The notes: a model not told the origin generated them from the sequence alone. A DNA stretch of 64,000 nucleotides from Candidatus Latescibacterota bacterium (GCA_965248435.1 OZ252100.1:1440001-1504000), one strand, 5' to 3'; positions 8,628 through 17,801 are shown, numbered from the stretch's first letter. Program-made: numbers and translations.

Positions 8628-9479
8628 CTACGAAGTCGGCTTGTCTTCATCTCCCAAAAGGTCCAGGGGGCTTCTGATACGCGTGAGGTCCCGGGTGGTG
8701 ACGTGGAGGTAGACGGTGGTGGTTCGAATGCTCGTGTGACCCAACAGTTGTTGGACGAAGCGGATGTCGACTCCGTTGTCCAGAAGATGCGTGGCGAAGC
8801 TGTGACGCAGCGAGTGGACACTCGCACGCTTTTGTATCTCCGCGCGTCGGCAGGCCTGCTCGAAGACTTTCTGGACAGTGCGAGCATGGAGCGGCGCGTC
8901 CGGTCTTTCGCCGGGGAACAGCCAATCGCGAGACGGGTTGGTGCGCCAATAGACGCGGAGTGCCTTTAAGGCCTCCTGGGCCAGAAGCGTCTCTCGCTCT
9001 TTTTGGCCTTTGCCCCGCACACGGATCAGCATCCGGTCACTGTCGATATCGGAAAGCTTTAGCCCGATGGCCTCACTCAGTCTGAGCCCGCCAGAGTAAA
9101 TGACCATCAGCAGCGTACGGTGTTTCAGGTTGTTGGTCCTGTCGATCAGCCGCTGCACTTCCTCTGTGGAGAGTACCACCGGGAGCTTCTTTGCCTTCTT
9201 CGCACGAGGGATGCCCCACTCGACCCAGTCACGCTTCAACGTCGTTTGGAACAGAAACTTCAGCCCGCTGTATACCTGGTTGACATAGCTTTGGGACAGC
9301 TTCCGCTCAGTGATCAGATAGTGCAGATAGGCGCGGATCTCTTCTTCGCTGAGCCGGTCGGGCGGTGTCTTGCAGTAACGACACAGCCCGGCCACTCCGC
9401 TCACGTACGCCTTCTGCGTATCCGGATCTAAACCTTTCAACTGCATGTCCCGGATCATTCGCTTCCGATGCTTGGTCAT
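8628..9479 (-). CDS. Tyrosine recombinase (N-terminal SAM-like + catalytic domain), IS91-associated type
   Basis: YSGGLRLSE, GKGQKER, HSLRHSFATHLL, LLGH, TTVYLHV; 283 aa; lacks the IntI-specific insertion. Confidence 0.93.
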   Translation of the reverse strand: MTKHRKRMIRDMQLKGLDPDTQKAYVSGVAGLCRYCKTPPDRLSEEEIRAYLHYLITERKLSQSYVNQVYSGLKFLFQTTLKRDWVEWGIPRAKKAKKLPVVLSTEEVQRLIDRTNNLKHRTLLMVIYSGGLRLSEAIGLKLSDIDSDRMLIRVRGKGQKERETLLAQEALKALRVYWRTNPSRDWLFPGERPDAPLHARTVQKVFEQACRRAEIQKRASVHSLRHSFATHLLDNGVDIRFVQQLLGHTSIRTTTVYLHVTTRDLTRIRSPLDLLGDEDKPTS

Positions 9480-9630
9480 GGCTCTCTCCTTCTGCTGATG
9501 GTGGACGTTGTTAGCAGAAGGAGGATGCGAAGCACAGAGCCATTTGCAAAGTGGCTCCGGACTTGCACGGTATCATATCCTGGTTGTCAAAGAGCAAAGG
9601 CCTTGCAGCAGGCCACCGCGAAGCGGTTTA

Positions 9631-9712
9631 GTTCAACTTCTGCATTCACGCACCAGGTTCGCTTTTTCGTCCTAATATCCGAGTATAGACGCCGTGCGCG
9701 AATCTGCTAAAT
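9631..9712 (-). other. Array head site: degenerate attC or attI-like site
   Basis: R' GTTGAAC (9637-9631); imperfect stem ATTCGCGCAC/GTGCGTGAAT; the R'' position reads ATTTAGC, one mismatch from RYYYAAC; AT-rich flank. Confidence 0.5.
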
Positions 9713-9814
9713 AATGTATATAATCTGTCCCTGTTCGCGAATGCTTTTCTATAGATACACCTAATATTCCCAACCAGAGGGTTTAATTCATCAGGCTGTC
9801 AATAGGAATGCATT

Positions 9815-10828
9815 TCAACCCTTCCTGACTCGCTCTGCCAATCCCTCTTCCACGAGCTGTCGGTTCAGAAACAGGCCCTTTTCCAGCACTTCCTCCGCCG
9901 CTTCTCCACCTGGCAGGTAAAACAGATCCGCCAGGTACCGATCGTATTTGTCCGGCTTCGTCGTCGTCACGACGACGAACGGCACCCCTTTCAGCGCCTC
10001 CGCGACAAAGTCCCTGGCACGCACGCCTTCCGGCGTCTCGAGTTCTGGCGTGTCGATCCCCCGCAGCCTCACCTTCTGCCTCGCCCACACCCGGAACCCG
10101 CAGTCGATGTCTAGCCAGACCGTATCTCCGTCGATGACGCGCAGAACGCGCGCCACGTAGGTATAGAATGCGGCGGTTCGTTCGGCGGCTTCAGCGAAGC
10201 GGTAGACCTCGGGCCCTTCGCGCGTCGCCTTTAAGAACTGCCCCGCGCGGAGCCCGTCAGCGTCCGGAATCGGCCAGGCGAGCTGAGTCCCGAACCCCAG
10301 GTCCAGCCTCAGGCCGCGCGCCTCGACCAGCTTGTAGGTGTAGAACTGCCCGCGCAATGCCGGCAGCTGTAGCGCTGGCCCTGATCCTGGAACCCGCGAT
10401 TTTGCGTCCGCGAACGCTCCGGACCGGATCTGAGCCTCCAGTTCACGCACGCTCCAGCGATGCTCCTGGGCGGCTGCCTCAGCGGCCTGCCGCTGGGCGT
10501 CTTCTGGGAGCTTCAGCAGGGCCCGGTAATGAGTCCAACCCAATTTTCCACGCGCGTGGAAAATTGGGCGAAATCGATAAAAAGCCACGGCCTCATACAG
10601 AATCGAGTTACTGAGCCCGACGTCGGCCGCAAGCCGCACCAGGGTCTGCTCTCCGTACGTGGCCGGATGCGAGAGCAGGTATTCACTCACCACCCCGCCG
10701 ATCGCGTGGTAGGTGCGCAGCGTCTCACGCTCCACCGCCGCGGCAGCCCTCGCCTTCCCTTCCCGGAGGAGGCGGGTCACTTCAGTCTTCAGAGCGGGGT
10801 ACTCGTCAGCTAGAATCGCTTGTGTCAT
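9815..10828 (-). CDS. DUF1016/YhcG N-terminal domain fused to a thermonuclease (SNase) domain
   Basis: N-terminal LGWTHYRALL, WSVRELEAQI; C-terminal RVIDGDT, VRLRGIDTPE, DKYDRYLA, LNRQLVEEGLA. Confidence 0.8.
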   Translation of the reverse strand: MTQAILADEYPALKTEVTRLLREGKARAAAAVERETLRTYHAIGGVVSEYLLSHPATYGEQTLVRLAADVGLSNSILYEAVAFYRFRPIFHARGKLGWTHYRALLKLPEDAQRQAAEAAAQEHRWSVRELEAQIRSGAFADAKSRVPGSGPALQLPALRGQFYTYKLVEARGLRLDLGFGTQLAWPIPDADGLRAGQFLKATREGPEVYRFAEAAERTAAFYTYVARVLRVIDGDTVWLDIDCGFRVWARQKVRLRGIDTPELETPEGVRARDFVAEALKGVPFVVVTTTKPDKYDRYLADLFYLPGGEAAEEVLEKGLFLNRQLVEEGLAERVRKG

Positions 10829-10961
10829 CGCAATCCTCCAAAACGCTCATGACGCTGTATTCGGTGCGCTGAAAAGATCGATCATCTCAAGGTTCAGAAC
10901 CGTCCACGGACGTTTGCAGAGCTCAGTCAAAAGTCTCGACTCGATAGAATCGAGCAGTCAC

Positions 10962-11894
10962 CTACTGACCGGTGACGGAATCGACGTTGCGGAAGATGTG
11001 CTTCAGGCGGTCGATATCGGCCTGAGGAAGCGGTGGGCGCTCGAAGCTCGCGATGTTCTCCTGCAGGTGATCCGGATTGCCCGTGCCGGACAGAATGACG
11101 TGTGTGCCGGGCTCGTACCGGCAGAAGCGGTAGGCTGCGTCGGGGATGCTGACCGCGCCGGTCTCGTGGACGAGGAAGTCGAGCGGATGGCCGACGTCGT
11201 CCAGATCGCCCGCATCCAGCTGGCCGGCCTCGATCAGCCCGCGGACGACCTCGACGAGAAACGCCGGGTCGCTCATCGCTTTGCGAACGGCGAACATCAC
11301 CTGAATCCCGACGTCCTGTTCGATCGCCCTCGGGAAGACAGCGTCCCGCGCGGTCTGGTTCAGGATGTTGAATCCGACCATGGCGACGTCCCACAGGTCG
11401 TCGGCGAGGGCGGCCTTCAGCATGTCGTGCGCCTTGTCCGAGTTGAACATCTCCGTGATGCCGATGTAGCGGATCTTGCCCGCTTCCCGCAGTTTGACCA
11501 GCTCCGGGTGGAGCGCTTCGCGGCATCGCGCGTAGTCGTCGGGGAGGACGCCGTGGAGGCTGTAGACGTCGATGGTGTCGGTCCCGAGCCGCTCCAGGCT
11601 CTCTTCGCAGCTTGGGGCAACAGTGTCGGCTGTTCGACCTTTCGAGCTCTTCTTGGTCGAGATGATCAGCTGGTCGCGAGGGATGTCCTGGAGCGCCAGC
11701 CGGATGATCGGCTCGGTACCGTACCCCTCAGCCGTGTCGATGAAGTTGACGCCGGCCTCGAACGCCTTCAGGATGATGTCGGCCGACTCCCGGTCCGTCT
11801 TCCCGGTCCCCTTGCCGATCCGGCTCGGCCCTCCGGCCCCGATTCCCACGACGCTGACCTCGAGGCCCGTTCTGCCAAGCGCGCTTCGATCCAT
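10962..11894 (-). CDS. Aldo/keto reductase
   Basis: LGRTGLEVS, GVNFIDTAEGYG, SLERLGTDTIDVYSLH, GKIRYIG; start placed at MDRSALG. Confidence 0.92.
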   Translation of the reverse strand: MDRSALGRTGLEVSVVGIGAGGPSRIGKGTGKTDRESADIILKAFEAGVNFIDTAEGYGTEPIIRLALQDIPRDQLIISTKKSSKGRTADTVAPSCEESLERLGTDTIDVYSLHGVLPDDYARCREALHPELVKLREAGKIRYIGITEMFNSDKAHDMLKAALADDLWDVAMVGFNILNQTARDAVFPRAIEQDVGIQVMFAVRKAMSDPAFLVEVVRGLIEAGQLDAGDLDDVGHPLDFLVHETGAVSIPDAAYRFCRYEPGTHVILSGTGNPDHLQENIASFERPPLPQADIDRLKHIFRNVDSVTGQ

Positions 11895-11977
11895 TCGCTT
11901 TTCTCTTTGCTGGGAATCCCGCCGGCGATCTAAAAGATTTCGCTCATCCGGGGCTGTCCGCAGGCTGACACCCGGTC

Positions 11978-12775
11978 TCAAAGCAGCTTCTCGAACGCGT
12001 CCTTCACCCTCACCTTGTCCGCCGAGTCTCCGAACCCCAGGCTGAACCACCCCGCATAACCCATCGCGTTCAGCTTCTCAAACAGGGCCTCGAAATCGAT
12101 CGTGCCCTCACCCGGCACCAGATGCACCTCGTAATCGCCCGAGTTGTCGTTGATGCGCACCTGCCCGATCTTCTCCGAGCCGAACGCATCCAGAAATCCC
12201 GCCCAGCCCTCGGGCACCAGGTGCCCGTGCGCCACGTTGAACGCCCACTTGAAATGCGGCGCGTCGATCGCATCCACGAACCACCGCATCTCTTCCACGT
12301 TGTGCGGAATATAATGGATCTCGGCGTGCTCGGGTTCCTTGTTGTGGTTCTCGAAATAGATCTCCACGCCCGTCCCTTCGGCCCGGTCCACCAGACGCTC
12401 GATGCGCGACACCGCAGCTTTGCGCCGCTTTTCCACGTCGCCGAAGTGATACCCCCCGTGCCCCACCAGCCACCCGCAGCCCAGTTCCACCGCCAAGTCC
12501 AGGTTGGCGTTAAGATAGGCGTCTACCGCATCCGACAGAATCGGTACGTACTCGGCATTGTTGATCGCCGAAGACGGATGCACTCCGATCTGCACCCCGT
12601 GCTCCTCGCACAATTTCCGCACCCGGCGCACCCGCTCCGGCCCGAACGAAGCCAGATCGTTGGGCGGCAAATCGGCCTGGAAATCTACATACCGGAACCC
12701 GTTTTCCCCTGCCCAGGCGATGCCGTCTTCCAGCGGCGTGCGGTTCGACATGTTATATCCGAATCGATCGCTCAC
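11978..12775 (-). CDS. Sugar phosphate isomerase/epimerase (xylose isomerase-like TIM barrel)
   Basis: YFENH, HLVPGEGTIDF motifs. Confidence 0.85.
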   Translation of the reverse strand: MSDRFGYNMSNRTPLEDGIAWAGENGFRYVDFQADLPPNDLASFGPERVRRVRKLCEEHGVQIGVHPSSAINNAEYVPILSDAVDAYLNANLDLAVELGCGWLVGHGGYHFGDVEKRRKAAVSRIERLVDRAEGTGVEIYFENHNKEPEHAEIHYIPHNVEEMRWFVDAIDAPHFKWAFNVAHGHLVPEGWAGFLDAFGSEKIGQVRINDNSGDYEVHLVPGEGTIDFEALFEKLNAMGYAGWFSLGFGDSADKVRVKDAFEKLL

Positions 12776-13009
12776 TCAACCTCTCTCCTTGAACCAACCC
12801 GCTCCAGTGGAACACGAAATGGCTCAACAGGGTCTAATTTCTTAGCGGAGATTTAAACGTCAATAATCGGCTTGGCTGCCAGCCCTTTGATAGCAGTAGA
12901 GCCAATATGATCAATCCTGAGGGCTACTGACCCGGGCTCGCATGACGGTGAGGGTCAGTGACACGTGATTGCTCTTTCGCGGAAAGCTGACATCAGGCGA
13001 TCAGGCAGC

Positions 13010-15187
13010 TTATACGGGCTCGAATTGCTTCAGATAGTCAACCGCGAGTGCGGTCGACATCGTCTCGCTTCCGGTCCATCGCATCGTGAGACCGTCATCG
13101 AGTCGGGCACCGAAAATCCGCTCTGCCTCCCATGTTGAGATCGGCGTGCGGAAGGCGCCGTTTGGATCTATTACCAGCGCTGGTCGCGGCGACCAGGACT
13201 TCAAGACTGCGGGACAGTCGGCCACGGCCGGCAGGTTGCGTACCAGCACCTGGTGATGCCACGTCGCCCGCGGCTCCTCGAGCAGAAGCCTGTAACTCGC
13301 CAGCGGCGCGTGCAGGATCAACCCGCGCATGCGTTCCGACGCAAAGGGGCTCGCATAGAGAACCCAGAGCGACGCGACGCCTGAACCCGCCAGGACGACC
13401 GGGAGTTCGGCGAGCTCGCTTAGCGTTTCCGCCACCTCGAGCACACACAGTACATCGCGGACGCGCTGTCCGAGTAGCGGTCGACCCAGCATGCGCACCG
13501 TCCACGAGTGCTCGCACTCCGCCGCCATCGGCCCCTCGTAGGCCGGGTCGTTCAGACCGAGGATCGTCGGATCGAATGACCCGTCTGTCCTCATCTCCTC
13601 GAAATGAGGCGCCGTGGATCTGCCCCACCAGCCGTGAGGCTCACCGCGGGTAAGGCCCACACCGCGCGGATCGAGGGCGAGCACGGCATGGCCGGCTCCT
13701 CTGAGCTGCTCGATCATCCCCGCCCGTCCTGACTCCGCCTGCATGCCGTCCTCGTGGCAGTACACAACGAGCGCCCTTCCATCCGCGAGCTCGGATGCCC
13801 CCGTGTCCGGGTCGAATAACACCGCCGGAATGGTGATCCCCGGCTCGGTTTCAACGCGAAAGCAGGTAACTCCCTTTTCTTCCTGTCGCGATTCGAACCG
13901 CGAGGGTGCCGAAACGTCTGGAAGGCCGAGCGTCCGGCCCAGCTCAACCGCATCGATTCTATTTTCTCGCAGCACCTCCATCGGAGGAACCAGCTCTTCC
14001 GAGGCGACGTACCAATTCTTGCCGCTGCCGTCTGCCGCCAGCTGTCCGGAACGCGTCGCCCACAGCGCCTTTTCGGGCTCGGGCTCGGCTGCGGGATCCT
14101 CGTCCGGTATCGGCAGCCCGAACCAGCGGCAGAACCAGTCGCTCGTCGCCCGGCGAATCTCGTCACTCAGGCCGTGCTTCCCCGGACCCTCGAACAGATC
14201 GACCTTCTCGGCATCGCCACTCAGGTCGTAGATCCGCTTCAGCGTCGCCACCGTGTCGCGCGCCCCCTTGAGGGGGAAGAAGTCCTCCTTTGCAGCCGCT
14301 ATGAGAACGGGTTTCGGCGCCAGCATGGCGAGAAAATCGGCATACTCGAGTCCGAGTTTGAGCAGGTCGTAGGGGTACTGCTCACTGTCCCCCGGTTCGC
14401 GAGACAGCAAGCGCTCGCGCACGCTTGTGACGAAGCAGATCGGCACGGCGGCGGCGATGCGGTCATCCACCGTCGCCGTGAAAGTCGTCTGCGTGCCTCC
14501 CCCGGAGCATCCGGTGAGCCCGATCCTGGCCTCGTCCACCTCTGGCCGCGAAATGAGATAATCGATGGCGCGCACGCAGTCCCAGGTGTACTCGCCCGAC
14601 GAGCTCGTGCCGGCGAGAACGGCGGCGCGGTCGAGGACGTCGTGTTCGGGATAGGTGAGCATACGATTGCGAACTCGATCCCACATCAGTCGCTCGCCCT
14701 GTCCGAATGGATCGAAGCACAGCACCACCATGCCCCGGCGAGCCATGTCGATGGCCGCCAATTGATATCTATAATAGGCTTTGGCGATTCCGGAGTGGCC
14801 GCAGGCGAGCGCGATACCCGGTATCCGCTCGTCGAGCGGTTCGGGGAGGTAGAGATTGGCGGTTATCTGCAGCCCGGGGACACTGTCGAAGATGACATTC
14901 TCGACGCGGTAACCGTCGCGCTCGAGGCTCCGCGTCGTCCGAGACGCCAGGTCGCATTTTTCCGGAAATGGCCCGAACATCTCCCGAAAGAGACCCCGGA
15001 GGCGTTCCCGCTCCGTCTGCCAGGAATCGAGCGTCAGGTTGTCGTAGAGATGCCGGCGTTCCTCGAGCGCACCGTCGTAGAGCGACAGGTGAAACTCGAA
15101 CAGCATTTCCCGGGACACCCCATCCACGAGCCAGGGATAGGGCGTCTGCCAGCCCAGATAGCCCTCACTTGGGCTCACTTCGTCCAT
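13010..15187 (-). CDS. Two-domain alpha/beta hydrolase (acetylxylan esterase-like)
   Basis: ITANLYLP, CGHS, FDPFGQGER, GLTGCSGGG nucleophile elbow. Confidence 0.85.
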   Translation of the reverse strand: MDEVSPSEGYLGWQTPYPWLVDGVSREMLFEFHLSLYDGALEERRHLYDNLTLDSWQTERERLRGLFREMFGPFPEKCDLASRTTRSLERDGYRVENVIFDSVPGLQITANLYLPEPLDERIPGIALACGHSGIAKAYYRYQLAAIDMARRGMVVLCFDPFGQGERLMWDRVRNRMLTYPEHDVLDRAAVLAGTSSSGEYTWDCVRAIDYLISRPEVDEARIGLTGCSGGGTQTTFTATVDDRIAAAVPICFVTSVRERLLSREPGDSEQYPYDLLKLGLEYADFLAMLAPKPVLIAAAKEDFFPLKGARDTVATLKRIYDLSGDAEKVDLFEGPGKHGLSDEIRRATSDWFCRWFGLPIPDEDPAAEPEPEKALWATRSGQLAADGSGKNWYVASEELVPPMEVLRENRIDAVELGRTLGLPDVSAPSRFESRQEEKGVTCFRVETEPGITIPAVLFDPDTGASELADGRALVVYCHEDGMQAESGRAGMIEQLRGAGHAVLALDPRGVGLTRGEPHGWWGRSTAPHFEEMRTDGSFDPTILGLNDPAYEGPMAAECEHSWTVRMLGRPLLGQRVRDVLCVLEVAETLSELAELPVVLAGSGVASLWVLYASPFASERMRGLILHAPLASYRLLLEEPRATWHHQVLVRNLPAVADCPAVLKSWSPRPALVIDPNGAFRTPISTWEAERIFGARLDDGLTMRWTGSETMSTALAVDYLKQFEPV

Positions 15188-15189
15188 TG

Positions 15190-15286
15190 TCCAACGGCCG
15201 CCTGCCTGGCCATTGCCTCGAATCGTTCAAAGTTGAGCGCCTTTTCTCCTGCGGATCCATTTGAGGACGATACCGGCGACCTTCAT
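15190..15286 (-). pseudogene. Possible N-terminal remnant of a carbon-nitrogen hydrolase (frameshifted)
   Basis: MKVAGIVLKWIR, then in a shifted frame GEKALNFERFEAMARQAA; resembles nitrilase-superfamily N-termini. Confidence 0.4.
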
Positions 15287-15484
15287 CCTGTTGCCTCTTT
15301 CGCGGTTCGGCGCTCTTCGTGTGCCCACATCCCGACGCCCGGCAATGCAGGCAAATCCCTCTGAGTTTCCTCCAGCACCGGCAGTGGCAACAAGGCTGGT
15401 CCCGGAGAAGTGGCCTCACAAAACAAAATGCGGCGAGAGCATCCCCACCGCAAACCCAAACCCCACGGCCATTTTTGACGAAGA

Positions 15485-15502
15485 TTTATTCTTCCTATCC
15501 GC
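15485..15502. repeat. Direct repeat TTTATTCTTCCTATCCGC, copy 1
   Basis: Identical 18-mer at 17152-17169 and 19298-19315. Confidence 0.9.
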
Positions 15503-15700
15503 CGTGTTCGATCAGGCTCTGGAAAATGTTCTGGGCACGAAGCGCGACCCCGACCTAGCCCTCAGGGAGCGCGAAAAGATCATCGCTGTGATCCTGAGAC
15601 TCGCCAAATAGGAGGGTGGAGCAATGAAGATTTCCGTATCAACATCGTCGGGCACAGCTTCCCGTCTTTTCCTGTTTTTCCGCACAGGCCCCTCTTTTCC

Positions 15701-17059
15701 TCACAACCCGGCAAGCATTAATGCCACATAAAGATAGCCCAGCTTGAAGTCTTGGAGAGAGAATGATTCAATTGGCGCCTCGCCTTCCTCCGGGCTGCCG
15801 AAGCCCACCAACAGCGGCTCAGCACCCGAAACACGTGAAAGTTCGTGCACGACAGGTATGGACATGCCCTCCCACACAAAAACCGTTTCTTTTTCAGTAA
15901 GCTGACCCAGGATTTTCTTTGCTCTCGACACGAGTTCCGAATCAGGATTGAGACGCAGTCCACGCCCACCGATACCTTTTTCGGTCACCTCCAGGTGCAG
16001 GCCTTCCGGCTCGCGTTCTTTCAAATGATCAATTATCGCGTTCAGACAGAATTCCGGATCCTGGTCTGCCTCCAGCCGCACCGTAATCTTAGCAACTGCC
16101 ACCGCGGGAATGATCGTTTTTTTTCCAGCACCACCGTAGCCTGAATGAATACCGTTGATATCAATACTTGGTCGAAATCCCACACGCTCGACAGGAGTGA
16201 ACTGCTTTTCGCCGGCTGTGGCTGGCACCCCGGTTTCAGTCTTATAGGAATTCATGTCAAACGGGATTGAGTTGACCAGCTCTCGTTCCCTTTCCGTAGG
16301 TTCTCGAACAGAATCGTAAAAGTGTCCCACAGCGATGCTTCCGTCGGGATTGTGCAAGCTTGCCACCAGCCTCGCCATTTCTGCAGCCGGATTAGGCGCC
16401 ATTCCTCCGTGCACGCCTGAGTGTAAGTCATAATGCGGACCGGTCAGCATTACAGTTATGTGAAATCTCCCGCGCAGTCCCATGACGATTGTCGGTGCTC
16501 CGGAACTCACGGTACTCGTATCGGCTACCATCAGAATATCGGCCCTGATCAGCTCCTGCCAGTCGCTCATGGCTTTCGATATTCCCTCATTCCCGCATGT
16601 CTCTTCACATTCGAGAATTATTTTGACTGTGCACTCCAGTGCGTCTCGCCGAATCAGCGTTTCCATGGCCTTGAGTGCATAAAAAAGCTGGCCCTTATCG
16701 TTTGCTGCGCCGCGCGCGTAGATACGGTCGTCCTTGAGCACCGGGGCGAACGGCGGATTTGGCCAATCCTCCTTCGGATCAACCGGATAGACGTCGTAAT
16801 GGGCGTAGAAAAGAGCAACTGGTTTGTCGGGATTGCCTTTGCGTTCTCCAAAGACGACAGGTTTTGTGCATGTCTCCAAGAGCCTTGATTCGAATCCGAT
16901 TCCTTCCAGGTGTTCAACCAGCCAGTTCGCGCAGTCGAGACAGTCCTGGTTATGCGCGGGATCAGCGCTTATGCTGGGAAACGTCAGAATTTGTTTCCAT
17001 TCCTCGAGGTAGCGTTCCCTGTTCTGTTCGAAGATTCTCTCGATATGCGCTCTGTCCAT
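15701..17059 (-). CDS. M20 family dipeptidase (ArgE/DapE/Dug1-like)
   Basis: YAHYDV, ARGAANDKG, ECEETCG, DLHSG motifs. Confidence 0.9.
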   Translation of the reverse strand: MDRAHIERIFEQNRERYLEEWKQILTFPSISADPAHNQDCLDCANWLVEHLEGIGFESRLLETCTKPVVFGERKGNPDKPVALFYAHYDVYPVDPKEDWPNPPFAPVLKDDRIYARGAANDKGQLFYALKAMETLIRRDALECTVKIILECEETCGNEGISKAMSDWQELIRADILMVADTSTVSSGAPTIVMGLRGRFHITVMLTGPHYDLHSGVHGGMAPNPAAEMARLVASLHNPDGSIAVGHFYDSVREPTERERELVNSIPFDMNSYKTETGVPATAGEKQFTPVERVGFRPSIDINGIHSGYGGAGKKTIIPAVAVAKITVRLEADQDPEFCLNAIIDHLKEREPEGLHLEVTEKGIGGRGLRLNPDSELVSRAKKILGQLTEKETVFVWEGMSIPVVHELSRVSGAEPLLVGFGSPEEGEAPIESFSLQDFKLGYLYVALMLAGL

Positions 17060-17141
17060 GAACTGAAGATCCTTTCATAGGAAGTTGAATCGACGGGGTG
17101 AACTCCGGGAGGGTGTTCGGCGATCCCTTGCCTGGGAATGA

Positions 17142-17171
17142 GAGAACACCGTTTATTCTTCCTATCCGCTC
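17142..17171. repeat. Direct repeat copy 2 (30 bp)
   Basis: GAGAACACCGTTTATTCTTCCTATCCGCTC; 29/30 identical to 19288-19317. Confidence 0.9.
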
Positions 17172-17548
17172 AGCCAGTCGAGACTGAACCTGGCGAAGCT
17201 GATGCCTTCGTAGGGCTCTTCGTCGCCGCATTCGTAGAGCAGACCGACGGTTCCATCTTGCAGTACGGTAAGGCAGCAGTAAGCGCTGGGTCCCGGGTGT
17301 ACTGTCCGGGCCACCGGCCAGGTGGCCCCGTCATCGAAGCTCAGACGAACGGTCAAGTTGACTCGGTTGCGGTAGCTCGAAGCCGGATTGGCGAAGAGGA
17401 GGGGCTCCCTGTCTTCGTCTTTCTTCTTCAAGGGATACTTCAGGATGGATCCCTGACATTTCATTATCTGTTCGCCAATAGATATAATTTGCTCGCGTCT
17501 ACGGTCAACAGTTTCACATAGCTTTTTTTTCAGTTCCTCACGTTGCAT
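17162..17548 (-). pseudogene. In-frame chimera: amidohydrolase-like N-terminus + sialidase (BNR/Asp-box) C-terminus
   Basis: MQREELKKKLCETVDRRREQIISIGEQIMK joined to CQGSIL...LLFANP...RVNLTVRLSFDDGATW...SAYCCL...GLLYE...FARFSLDWL. Confidence 0.7.
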
Positions 17549-17580
17549 GTTTTCTCCTTAAAAAGTGATATCGAAAAGTA

Positions 17581-17736
17581 ACTTAATTCGCCAGTGTCAC
17601 ATTAATTGTCATTGCGAGGAGTGAAGCGACGAAGCAATCTCAAGGAATCAATGCCGCGGAGATTGCTTCGCTTTCGGCTCGCAATGACATCTTGCGCTCC
17701 GCTCCTTTTGGCAAATGTGACATTGGCAAGTTAACT
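17581..17736. mobile_element. MITE with 23 bp TIRs and TA flanks, enclosing a palindromic repeat
   Basis: TIRs 17581-17603 / 17714-17736 (19/23), TA on both sides; inner TGTCATTGCGAG...CTCGCAATGACA palindrome at 17607-17689. Confidence 0.7.
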
Positions 17737-17801
17737 TATAGCACCGATTAACGGAATTAACGGATATCCGTATATTCTGTCAATCCGCGCTCTAACCCGC
17801 T

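Larger units (their letters stand above)
7155..9637 (-). mobile_element. Tyrosine recombinase + IS91-type Y2 transposase element structured as a gene cassette
   Basis: Begins GTTGAACTAAACCGCTTCGC (minus strand from 9637). The inverted counterpart GTTGAACGAAGCCGCTTCAC lies at 7219-7238 and is followed by its own attC-like hairpin. Confidence 0.8.

Noticed and set aside
8628-9479. Tyrosine recombinase as the integron integrase IntI
   Set aside because: It is only 283 aa, lacks the IntI-specific insertion between KER and WLFP, is co-oriented with the cassettes, is coupled to an IS91 transposase and lies inside cassette boundaries.
9700-9760. LexA box / PintI promoter
   Set aside because: No CTGT-N8-ACAG or GAAC-N4-GTTC match and no downstream intI; only a TATAAT-like hexamer.
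10713-11933. Long plus-strand ORFs (also 14174-15364, 19779-20714, 21721-22623, 28081-29481, 56358-57857)
   Set aside because: They are antisense shadows of well-supported GC-rich minus-strand genes and have no recognisable motifs.
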